Shown: piece by piece, positions 52,933 to 64,000 of the stretch
How the letters are laid out: the number at the start of each line of letters is the position of its first letter
How positions within the stretch are numbered: the stretch's first letter is position 1
Assembly: GCA_964016885.1 (NCBI GenBank)
Contig: OZ024743.1
Location: 271,126,001-271,190,000, forward strand
From: Eledone cirrhosa
Lineage: Eukaryota
Reading direction: 5' to 3'
Length of the DNA stretch: 64,000 nucleotides
Program-made: the position numbers and the translations under genes
Notes under the pieces: model-generated
What the model saw: only the letters and a program-made list of their open reading frames with translations
Told to the model about the DNA's origin: nothing
The model's database searches: none

Positions 52933-54004
52933 ATTGATCCAATCAGTGGAACAGCCTATCCGTAAATCTACCGTGCAAACAACTGAGAATTCGACAGATA
53001 CACATTGTTCTCTGGGAGATTCAAGATGACACCGAATGTGACAAGACTGGCCCTTCGAATCACAAGTACAACACATTTTTTCCAGCTGAGAGGACTGGAA
53101 CAACATGAAATAAAGTGTCTTGCTCGAAGACACACCATGTCATAAGGGTGAGAGTTCGATTCCTGGCGGCACATTGTGTCAGAAAAAGTAACATTCATGG
53201 GATGAACAAATGAAAGCAATCCTTTTACCTCATCAGCCACTCTCTAATCAATGCAGTTTCATGCATAAAGACAGGATTGCATAATATTGAACCTAGGTTG
53301 CACAAAATCTGGAAGAAGCCACTGGAAAGTGGCTTATGAGGCAACAAACAACCTAGAGACAGGAAAATAATGATGATGCCTTTTGACTTGGATAGCAAAA
53401 GGAGTCCATAAGAAAATATCAATAAAAGTTCATACATATATCTGTTTATTGAACATTCTCTTTTCTCTGTCTTACCCTTACCCTTACCTCTCTCTCTACA
53501 TACCTATGTCTCACCCTTACCTTTCTCTCCCTCTCTCCACATACCTATGTCTCACCCTCTCCACATACCTATGTCTCACCCATACCCCTCTCTCTCTACA
53601 TACCTATGTCTCACCCATACCTCTCTCTCTCTCCACTCTCCATACACCTTATCTACCCCCCTCCCTTCTCATTGTTTGTCATAAAGGTGAAAGGTCAACC
53701 ACTGATTTGTGTCTAGTTATATAATGCATTAAGAGCTAACATAACATAAAGTAGTGTTTGTGATGGTGGTGGTGGTGGTGGTTTAGTTCTAGTGTTGTGG
53801 TCGTAGTGTTGGTAGTGTTGGTATTATAGTAGTGATAGATTTTTAGTGGTAGTGCCATGGTAGTTTTGTAGTGGTATTTTAATGATAGAAGTAGTAGTAA
53901 TGTTATAGTAGCAGTGGTGTGTTTGTATTAGGGACAGAGGAGAGAGTGGTGGTGATAATGATTTAGTAACAACTTCAAGGACAGCAACAATTATTACTAT
54001 TATT

Positions 54005-54680
54005 AAGGGTGGTGAATTGGCAGAACCGGTAGAGCGTCTGATTGCATGCTTTGCAACATATAGTTACAGCCCTTTACATTCTGAGTTCAAGTCCCACCAA
54101 GGTGAGCTTTACCTTTCATCCTTACGGGGTTCATAAAATAAAATACCAGTAACGTACTGGGGTCAATTTAATCGACTTTCCCCTCCCCAAAAACTGTTGA
54201 CCTTGTACCTAAATCAGAAACCATTATTATATATAATCAGTAATACACTGGGTAATTGCTGGCCTTGTGCCTAAAGTAGAAACAATTATTATATATAATG
54301 ATAATAATAATTCTTTCTACTTTTGGCACAAGGCCAGCAATTATATCAGTACATTACTGGTACTTTATTTTATCGACCTCGTAAGGATGAAAGTCAAAGA
54401 GAACCTCGACGGGATTTAAACTCAGACCACAAAGGGGTGTAACTCTATGCTGCAAAGCATGGCGTCCGACCTTCTACCGATACTGCCAATCCCCCAATAA
54501 TAATAATTGTTTCTACTTTTGGCACAAGGCCAGCAATTACCTAGTACATTACTGGTACTTTATTTTATCGACCCCGTTTTCTAAAAAGACACAAAGCCAG
54601 AAATTTGGGGAGAAGTGTTAGTCCATTAAATTGAGTTAGTATTGTACTGGTACTTTATCAAACCTGTAAGGATGAAAGGC
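54005..54680. mobile_element. Cluster of SINE family A copies in both orientations
   Basis: Plus copy 54005-54285; minus copies 54310-54492, 54505-54577 and a fragment near 54640-54680. Confidence 0.8.
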
Positions 54681-55130
54681 CAAATCAAATAACTTTGTCA
54701 ATATTAAGCTGAAAGGTTTTAACTGAAATATGAACACTTTGAAATTAAGTGAGTTAGTATCAAAAGAGTTAAGTGGAACATGTCAATTTCCATATAATAA
54801 TGTAACATGAATACACTGAATAGAAAATCTCAATAGCCTAGCAATGTATACAAAGAAAAAGACATTATTTAATGCTTATTTCAATTATAGTTAAATGTAT
54901 ACAGACAGTCAAGTAACATTAATTGTTTCTAACGCTTGAAAAGTTCTGTAGAAGAAATTAACAGCTTCTGTTACCTTGGTGGCATACAGCAGTGGTGGTC
55001 GGTGCTCTGAAAGCATATTAGTCAGAATGGGATCAAGGTGTAAAAAGTTCTAGTAGTCAGAATAAATACAGAGTGGGAAAAGTATATATATATAAACTAG
55101 TAATAGGTGCAATTGGATTCTACATGTGAA

Positions 55131-55221
55131 ACATATTTGAGGAGCTTTCGATTCCAGAGTCAGGGACGAACGTGATCGATCGTTCTTCGAGCTGATCGGC
55201 CGTGAAACATATGTAATATGT
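55131..55221 (+). ncRNA. Variant type I hammerhead motif with extended stem II
   Basis: acatat UUGAGGA gc..(long hairpin)..gt GAAA C-AUAU-GUA atatgt; U3 instead of C3. Confidence 0.5.
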
Positions 55222-55421
55222 GATTAAATATGAAGATGATGCAACACTGATTCTTTGTTCCATAATTATTATGTGTGTGTGTTTCTGTTTATGTCACTTG
55301 ATTTAGTGGATCAACAAAAAGAGATCAATAAAAGTACTGGGATCAATGTGATTAGCAAAATGAGGGTGGTGCATAGCATGGTCTCAGTCTAATGACTGAA
55401 ACAAATAAAAGAACAAAGTAT

Positions 55422-55446
55422 ATAAAGCAAAGTATCGGTGAAGAAG

Positions 55447-55480
<34 letters not shown>

Positions 55481-55560
55481 TTTACAGCTCACACCTATTT
55501 TTATAGGTGTGAGCTGTAAATAAAAATAAAAATAACTTCTTAACCGATACTTTGCTTTAT
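55422..55560. repeat. Palindrome / hairpin element
   Basis: ataaagcaaagtatcgg...tatttacagctcacacctat / ataggtgtgagctgtaaata...ccgatactttgctttat. Confidence 0.85.
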
Positions 55561-56214
55561 CCACCCTGTGTGAATGAAGGATGCAGTTGACCATAGCAAC
55601 CAGAACAAGGATGCAGTTGGACCATGGGAACCAGAACAAATACCACAAAAGCATATTATCCACTGCTCTAACAATATGTCAAAGGGAAAGTTTGTTATGA
55701 AGTGAAAGTTTTCTCCATTCTTTATCTCTGTCTTTCTATCATATTTGCCCCACTTCTTACATGTGTTGCTGTAGGATGAAAACTATTCCTTCCAATCTTC
55801 TGAAGAACAACAACAGCTTTATTAGTTCTCTGAGTTATGATCCTCTCAGGCGGCCCTCGTGGCATGGCAGGTCACCCCCACAACCTGGCACCCTCCCCCA
55901 CTCCTTCTCTCCTTCTCTCACTGAGTGATGGTCCTCTTAGATCCCCACCACTACCACCACAACCCAGTACTAGTTTTTACACTTTCTCTTTTCCTCTCAG
56001 GGTGATGGTCAGGTCACTGCCACAACCCAGTACTAGATCATACACTCTTCCTTCTCAGAGTGATGGCCCTTTTCTGGCTACCCACAAAACCCAACATCTG
56101 CTCTCGCTTCCAAAAAGCAACATGTAACTTCTGCTGCTCCTTTGTCTAACTAAGAACACAATGATTGCCTTAGTATTAATGCCTCACTGAAATATACGCA
56201 GGGTGCTCTACAGT

Positions 56215-57930
56215 TGGGTGCACTCAGCCCACACTATAAAGAAGTAGAGCTGGTGCCACAATAAAATACATTCAGCCCACACTGTAAAGTGGTAGAGCTG
56301 GTGCCACAATAAAATACACTCATCCCACACTATAAAGAAGTAGAGCTGGTGCCACAATAAAATACACTCAGCCCACACTGTAAAGTGGTAGAGCTGGTGC
56401 CACAATAAAATACACTCAGCCCACACTGTAAAGTGATAGTGCTGGTGCCACAATAAAATACACTCATCCCACACTGTAAAGTGGTAGAGCTGGTGCCACA
56501 ATAAAATACACTCATCCCACACTGTAAAGTGGTAGTGCTGGTGCCACAATAAAATACACTCATCCCACACTGTAAAGTGGTAGTGCTGGTAACACAATAA
56601 AATACACTCAGCCCACACTGTAAAGTGGTAGTGCTGGTTCCACAATAAAATACACTCATCCCACACTGTAAAGTGGTAGTGCTGGTGCCACAATAAAATA
56701 CACTCATCCCACACTGTAAAGTGGTAGTGCTGGTGCCACAATAAAATACACTTAGCCCACACTGTAAAGTGGTAGAGCTGGTGCCACAATAAAATACACT
56801 CAGCCCACACTGTAAAGTGGTAGTGCTGGTGCCACAATAAAATACACTCAGCCCACTCTGTAAAGTGGTAGTGCTGGTGCCACAATAAAATACACTCAGC
56901 CCACTCTGTAAAGTGGTAGTGCTGGTGCCACAATAAAATACACACTGTAAAGTGGTAGTGCTGGTGCCACAATAAAATACACTTAGCCCACACTGTAAAG
57001 TGGTAGAGCTGGTGCCACAATAAAATACACTCAGCCCACACTGTAAAGTGGTAGAGCTGGTGCCACAATAAAATACACTCAGCCCACACTGTAAAGTGGT
57101 AGAGCTGGTAACACAATAAAATACACTCAGCCCACACAGTAAAGTGGTAGAGCTGTGCCACAATAAAATACACTCAGCCCACACTGTAAAGTGGTAGTGC
57201 TGATGCCACAATAAAATACACTCAGTCCACACTGTAAAGTGGTAGAGCTGGTAACACAATAAAATACACTCAGCCCACACTGTAAAGTGGTAGAGCTATG
57301 CCACAATAAAATACACTCAGCCCACACTGTAAAGTGGTAGTGCTGATGCCACAATAAAATACACTCAGTCCACACTGTAAAGTGTTAGAGCTGGTAACAC
57401 AATAAAATACACTCAGCCCACACTGTAAAGTGGTAGAGCTGTGCCACAATAAAATACACTCAGCCTACACTGTAAAGTGGTAGAGCTGGTGCCACAATAA
57501 AATACACTCAGCCTACACTGTAAAGTGGTAGAGCTGGTGCCACAATAAAATACACTCAGCCTACACTGTAAAGTGGTAGAGCTGGTGCCACAATAAAATA
57601 CACTCAGCCTACACTGTAAAGTGGTAGAGCTGGTGCCACAATAAAATACACTCAGCCCACACTGTAAAGTGGTAGAGCTGGTAACACAATAAAATACACT
57701 CAGCCCACACTGTAAAGTGGTAGAGCTGGTGCCACAATAAAATACACACGGCCTACCCTGTAAAGTGGTAGTGCTGATGCCACGATAAAATACACTCAGC
57801 CCACACTGTAAAGTGGTAGAGCTGGTGCCACAATAAAATACACACAGCCTACCCTGTAAAGTGGTAGTGCTGATGCCACGATAAAATACACTCAGCCCAC
57901 TCAGCAAAGTGCTGGTGCAATAATAAAATG
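56215..57930 (+). repeat. 48-bp minisatellite (~35 copies) derived from the RTE/SINE 3' UTR module
   Basis: Unit ggtgccacaataaaatacactcagcccacactgtaaagtggtagagct; runs into the ggttggtattagggagggtatccagc tail at 57950-58050. Confidence 0.95.
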
Positions 57931-58224
57931 CATCCAGTTCACATTGTAAAATGGTTGGTATTAGGGAGGGTATCCAGCTTTAGAAGGCATGCCAAACTAG
58001 AACATATAAGACATGATCATCTGATCTGTCTAGCCATTATAACACCCTTCCCCCTCCAGACACATACACATGTACAAATGTCTGAATGTATGTGCCTATT
58101 TGTTTGGCCTCTGTATTTGTGTCAGTGTGTGTTTTCTGAAATCAAATAATAGAAAAGAAAATAGCAAGTAAATGACTCTCTGTTTCTCTCTCCTCTCTCC
58201 CCCCCCCTCTCTCTCTCTCTCTCT

Positions 58225-58269
<45 letters not shown>

Positions 58270-58414
58270 ATATATATGTATATATATATATATAAGCAAA
58301 GGGATATTTAATTTGTTGGTAATTCAACAAATATATTTATAACAGATTCGAAGCACTCGACAGGTTTTCTGGAGTATAATATTAATGATATTAATAAATG
58401 GAAACTATATTTAA

Positions 58415-58595
58415 ATAATTGTTTCTACTTTTGGCACAAGGCCAGCAATTACCCAGTAGATTACTGGTACTTTATTTTATCGACCCCATAAGGATGAAAG
58501 GCAAAGTTAACCTCGGCCGGATTTGAACTCAGAATGGCAAGGGCCGTAACTCTATACGTCAAAGCATGGCGTCCGACCCTCTACCGATACTGCCA
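58415..58595 (-). mobile_element. SINE family A
   Basis: Reverse complement of the family consensus seen at 18200-18340. Confidence 0.85.
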
Positions 58596-58646
58596 TAATA
58601 GAATAAATATGGTTTTATAAATATAGTTTCCATTTATTAATATCAT

Positions 58647-58679
<33 letters not shown>

Positions 58680-58682
<3 letters not shown>

Positions 58683-58778
58683 GGTGTCCCCAAAAACGTA
58701 TACACACTTTGATTACCTGTACAGGCAATATTTATTAGAATGCTGTTGAAGAATGTATACATTTTTGGGGACACCCTG
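58680..58778. mobile_element. Tc1/mariner-type MITE, 99 bp
   Basis: ta-cagggtgtccccaaaaacgtatac ... gtatacatttttggggacaccctg-ta. Confidence 0.85.
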
Positions 58779-60163
58779 TATATATGTATGTTTGTGTGTG
58801 TAAGCTGCTATTGTTCAACACTAGTTTGTATTGATTCTAGCAAATACTATATATGGTAGTCAAGATTTTTCAAAGAGTGGTGGGTGTGACTGTGTGTAGA
58901 GGGGGAGCAGAAGTGGAGGTGATTGTTCTGACACTTTCTTTAGTCTCCAATGAATCTTACATAACTGGGTAGGTATGTAGGTAGGTGGGTCGTTAGGTGT
59001 TGCATTTTAGTCTTCTAGACTCTTAGGTTTAAGTACTCACCTCTTTCTTTCATTCATATATATTCTCTCTATTTATCTATCTCTCATCCATTCTCTTGCT
59101 CTCTGTCTCTCTCTCCCATGCTGGTGTTGTTTAGCTTCCGTTTGCCCCCCCCCCCCCTCCCTCATAAGTTGACCTGTTATCAAAGAGTATCCTGATCCAG
59201 CCATGACCATCCTCTCTTTTTATGGGAGTGTAGAACTGCATCTGCCAAGGTTTCATTTTATAATATAAAGCAATGGGGTGTGATTTGAGGTAGATTTGGC
59301 TGCTGTTGCTAGAGTCAGGTGACCCTGTGGTCCCATGCCTCCACCTCACCTCTCATTTGGTTTGTTCATCTTCTCATTACAAGCACTGCTATTTAGCTGA
59401 AGTAAACATGTGGCCTTTATCTTCTGTCACATGGGAGAGGAACAGATTCACTAGAATAGTTGCATAGCCTAATGGTTAAGGTATTGGACTCGTGGAAATA
59501 AAGTCATGGGTTTGATTCCTGGATTGGGTTGTACTTTGTGTTCTTGAACAAGCAGCTTCACATGGCTTTTTCATAATAGGATTGGAGACCTGTCATTAAA
59601 ACACCCATGAAAACTATCAGATACAACCTTATAGGAGGACAGATAAACCTATATAGTTGTGAACTGTAACATTATAAGACTGGAGCCTCTATCCCTAAAA
59701 CACCCAAGACACTTCCTGTGAGATACAACTTCGTAAAAGGTAGGTTAAACCTTATAGATGTGAGCCATAAATTGCTTTTTTTTTTCACAAGGTAAGAAGA
59801 ATCAAATCATCATCATCATCGTTTAACGTCTATCTTCCACGCTATCATGGGTTTAGTCTGATATAATGTTTGTTAGTTATTTCTTGTATGGAATCATGAT
59901 TTGGTTGTGATGACATTGTTGTTTAACCCCTGGTCAACTTTGATTATGCAAGAAAAAAAAAAACAGCTTCATAATGAGAAAATTACTAAATTACTATATT
60001 TCTCAAATTTTTCATTATTTTCAAAATTACTTAAAAACGCAGACAGTTTAACGGTTTAAATATATTTATGCAAAAAGCTTCCATTATGATTTTATGTAAG
60101 AACCTTTATTAAAATTTGTTACAAACATCAGCTTAATAATGAGAAAGTTAGTTATATTAATTA

Positions 60164-60327
60164 CTGTATTTTCCAGCGTCGAAGATGCTACTTTTTTCCT
60201 AAAATAAGTCTCAAAAATCTACCATGCATCCTGGAGGCCAAAGGTTGTTATTTTTTTTCAAATTTTTGGTTGTCAAAGTTAGGGTGCGTCCTCAAAGGCA
60301 AAGTGTCTTCGGCGCCGGGAAATACGG
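60164..60327. mobile_element. Tc2/pogo-type MITE
   Basis: ta-ctgtattttccagcgtcgaagatgc ... gtgtcttcggcgccgggaaatacgg-ta. Confidence 0.75.
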
Positions 60328-60561
60328 TACTAAATCTCCTCAAACTCTTGATCATTTTCAAAATTATTTGAAAACATAGGTTGTTTTTTTGTAAGAAATA
60401 TGGTTAAAAAGGATTAAAATGTTTATATTTATCTAAAAACTGTCTATCATAATTTTATGTCAAAACTTATGTTAAGTTCCAAACACCAGTTTAATAATGA
60501 AAAAGTTAGTTATATTTTTCAAATTTTTGGTTATTTGAAAATCCTAAGAAGCATATTTCAT

Positions 60562-60792
60562 TAGACATATAATAATGACCGCTGGGTAAAGAAGTGCCAA
60601 GAAATCCCAGTAGAACGAAGACGCGGTCGAGGAAGACCACAAAAACATGGGGGGGGAGCAGACCTCAGATTGCTGAAGCTCACGGAGGAGATGACAAAAG
60701 ACCGTGATGAATGGAGAGATGCCATGCTGAATAGGACCCATCCCACCCTTGCAAGCAGGGGAAAGCAAACGTAAAATGATGATGATGACGAT
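60562..60792 (+). mobile_element. RTE subfamily C 3' end
   Basis: DRWVKKCQEIPVERRRGRGRPQKTW; terminus as at 30477-30530. Confidence 0.85.
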
Positions 60793-61098
60793 GAGTAACA
60801 AAAGGATTAACAGTTACACACAGAGACCTCTCCTGCCTATGTCCTCTACCATTTGATTGGTTCTGGCCAGACATCCTGTAAGGTGCTTAAGAATTGTCCT
60901 GACAACAGAACACAGGTGTTGCTATCTCATATTTGATATACTATCTGCTTTCCTCTTGTCCACACAACACACCTTATATATGTGTTATGTAACAATATGT
61001 TATGTAACCATTGCTAATGTATGACAACTGACAATTCAAAATATGACCCGTTTATTTTATTCATTAGCAGATTTACATGGGGATTGTCTGGTATCTTA

Positions 61099-61157
<59 letters not shown>

Positions 61158-61536
61158 TTTGTCAATCTCTTATTATTGGCTAGACCGCTCGCTCGCTCCT
61201 CTGTGAAATGTAATGTACAAATGCTATGTTTTTCTCTTCTCTCCATCTTCTCCCGGTCCATTTATCTATCTGTATCATCGTCCAGAATCCAATCTTTGCT
61301 TTTTTTCAATGCTATTCGATAATTCTGTCTGATTGTTCAAAATAATCTTCTTGTATTTTAAAATCCCATAATTCTTCTCTTATTATTGTTATATGCTTGT
61401 TCAATTATGCCCAAAATTCGAGAATTTTATTTAAACCTTCTCGCTAACTACCCCCATACCCCTCCCACCTGCCCCCACTATTACTTGGACTAATCATAAG
61501 TCAGCGGCCTATGCTATCACTTAAGTTTAGACCTGG

Positions 61537-64000
61537 TTGCCTTTCGATATGATGGATGGACTACGGAATTCTGGAGAGTCTGAAAAATCTGGACACTCAG
61601 TGACAATGCCAAAGATAAAGACAAATTCACCTCATGCTGCCAGACGAGAATGCAAGGACTCCTCCTCTTTATTTCGGCCGCAGATGGCCAACATAACCCC
61701 ATCTCCCTCACCCCTCCCTGCGCCCCACCGTTCCCACCCACCAAACGCAATCCAATACTTCAGAGTTGGTACCATGAATGTAGGCACCTTAAAAGGTCAC
61801 TCTAACGAGGTTGTAGAAATGCTTGAACGTAAGGAGCTTGATGTTTGCTGTATCCAAGAGACCAGGTGGAGGGGTGGGTCTGCTAGATTCATTGTGGGTA
61901 AAAAACGATGCTATAAGCTTTTGTGGGTGGGAAATGACAATGGGCTGGGTGGAGTATGAATCATGCGAGCAGAAAAATGAGCAGACAAGATAATAGACGT
62001 AAATAGAGTGAACGACAGAATAATTAAAATAAGACTTGTCCTAAATAGAACTACTGTTACAATAATATGTGTACGCACCCTAATCCGGACTGCCTGGCGT
62101 TATAAAAGACAGATTCTATGAGTCATTAATGCTCACTACCTCCCAAATAACCGACAGTGACTACATAATTATTGCTGGCGACCTAAATGGTCACGTTGGA
62201 CAACATTGTGACCGCTATGACGGAATCCATGGAGGCTATGGGTTTGGTACTAGAAATGAGGAAGGCTCCAGAATCCTGGAATTCTGTGACGCAAATAACC
62301 TAACTATCTGTAACACTAACTTCAAAAAACGTGACAATCACCTGATCACCTATAGATCAGGGGAACACGCCAGTCAGATAGATTATATCCTTACCAGAAA
62401 ACGTGACAGAGTGTCTGTTGTAAACACTAAATCCCTCCCCCATGAAGAATGCACCTCCCAACATAGACTCATAGTTAGCAACCTCATAGTCAGGACGAGA
62501 CGTACTCAACAACAGAGGAGGACTATCCTCAGGAGAAAAATATGGAAGCTGAAGGACCCCACAATCAGTAATAAATTTAAAAGCATATTACTTGATGCTT
62601 TTGACAGTAAGGAAGAGCAATTAGTCGTACAATATAGAGGAACAGTGGGAATTCCTGAAAGGTAACCTGCTGAAGGCGGCAGATGAAATCTGTGGCTGGA
62701 GCAGACCTATAGGCAGGAGGAGAGTAACGTGGTGGTGGAACAGTAAGGTGGAGGAGTCAATCAAGGCCAAAAAACAGGCTTGGAAAGTATGGCGGGATGG
62801 GGGAAGTAGATAAGACTATCAAGTAGCCAGGAGGGAAGCTAGGAGACAAGTGTACTTCACAAGAAGGGAAGCAGAGGAAAGAAAGTTCAAGCATGTTCTA
62901 CAGCGCGAGGACCAAAAACGTGAGGTGTTCAGGATTGCTAGGCAATGTGTCAAGGAAAACCGTGATATTGTCAGGGAGAAGTGTGTCCGTAATGATGATG
63001 GTGTACTTGCCATCACTGACGCTGATAAGAAGGTAGCTTGGAAGTGTCACTACGAAAGGCTACTAAATGAGGAGAATAAATGGGAGAAAGGCAGCCTCCC
63101 CCACATCGATCCAATAGAGGGACCAGCAGTGCAAGTTGAAGGTAGTATAATAAGTAAGGCAATCAAAGATATGAAGACGGGCAAGGCGGCTGGGCCTTCG
63201 GAAATAGTTGCTGAAATGTTGAAAGCATCTGTAATGGTGAGACACACTATGGTCACACGGATAGTAAACCAAGTCATACAGAATGGGGTCGTACTCAAGG
63301 ACTGGCGTAGCAGCATCATCATTAACTGCTACAAGGGTAAAGGAGATGCCCTAGATAGGGGAAACTATAGAGGCATTAAATTAATTGACCAGGTCATAAA
63401 GGTCACAGAAAAAGTAATAGCGCAACTAATCAGAGAGCGAATTGATCTGGATGAAATGCAGTTCGGGTTTGTGTCAGGTAAAAGTACCACAGACACTCTT
63501 TTCATTGTACGACAACTACAGGAGAAGTACCTAGCTAAAAGTAAACCCCTATACTTAGCTTTTGTTGACTTGGAGAAAGCCTTTGACGGAGTCCCACGCC
63601 CCATTATCTGGTGGTCTCTCAGAAAACTAGGAGTAGATGAATGGCTTGTGAGAGCTATACTAGCCATGTATAAAGAAACAGTCAGCAAGGTTAGAATTAA
63701 CAACGAATATAGTGAAGAGTTTAGCGTAAAAGTTGGTGTTCATCAGGGCTCCGTCCTTAGCCCCCTCCTATTTATTATTGCCCTTCAGGCTATAACAGAG
63801 GAGTTCAAGACCGGCTGCCCATGGGAACTCCTATACACTGATGATCTAACGCTTATAGCTGAATCAATGGCTGAACTAGAGAAGAAATTCCAAACATGGA
63901 AGCATGGCCTAGAATCAAAAGGCCTTAAAATTAACCTGTCTAAGACTAAAGTTCTAGTTTGTAGGAAGGAAAATAGGGCACTAGTCCCATCTGGGAAATG
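61537..64000 (+). mobile_element. RTE LINE subfamily A, near full-length 5' part (AP endonuclease and RT), runs off the window
   Basis: VGTMNVGTL, CCIQETRW, AGDLNGHVG, SQIDYIL, SQHRLI; RT with YTDD instead of YADD; stops and frameshifts in the endonuclease. Confidence 0.93.

Noticed and set aside
53237-53340. Possible next TRAP1 exon (cag|C CAC TCT CTA ATC, HSLIN...)
   Set aside because: Similarity ends after four residues, there is no donor at the expected position, and the frame hits a stop. The minus strand also has splice-like sites but no recognisable product.
56208-57907. CRISPR-like array, or long Cys/His/Trp-rich ORFs
   Set aside because: Units are contiguous with no unique spacers and no cas genes, in eukaryotic context; the ORFs arise because the 48-bp unit is a multiple of three.
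60871-60915. ag|A CAT CCT GTA (RHPV) as the next TRAP1 exon
   Set aside because: Poor polypyrimidine tract, weak donor, and downstream residues unlike TRAP1.

Overview
Eukaryotic, AT-rich, repeat-dense animal DNA. The SINE/RTE repertoire and (TA)n/(CA)n microsatellite load suggest a coleoid cephalopod, probably Octopus (inference). The only host coding sequence I can support is two spliced + strand exons (1691-1776 and 16242-16387) of the mitochondrial HSP90 paralogue TRAP1; neither is in the ORF track. No later TRAP1 exon was found, so most of the window is probably intron. The introns hold about ten RTE-clade LINE copies (three young subfamilies, all with a PHD-type zinc finger inside the RT region), an R4-clade LINE split by a 7.8 kb composite hAT element with an 8-bp TSD, a Penelope-like element, several tRNA-derived SINE families, MITEs, a Helentron-type non-autonomous element, and minisatellites amplified from a LINE/SINE 3' UTR module. 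The most interesting unexplained signals are a dispersed set of type-I hammerhead ribozyme motifs (one with a fully canonical core), recurrent fold-back inverted duplications, several centred on (TA)n tracts, a candidate in-frame 27-nt TRAP1 microexon, and a SINE whose tail is a chimera of two RTE subfamilies. All comparisons were made by eye; no database search was run.
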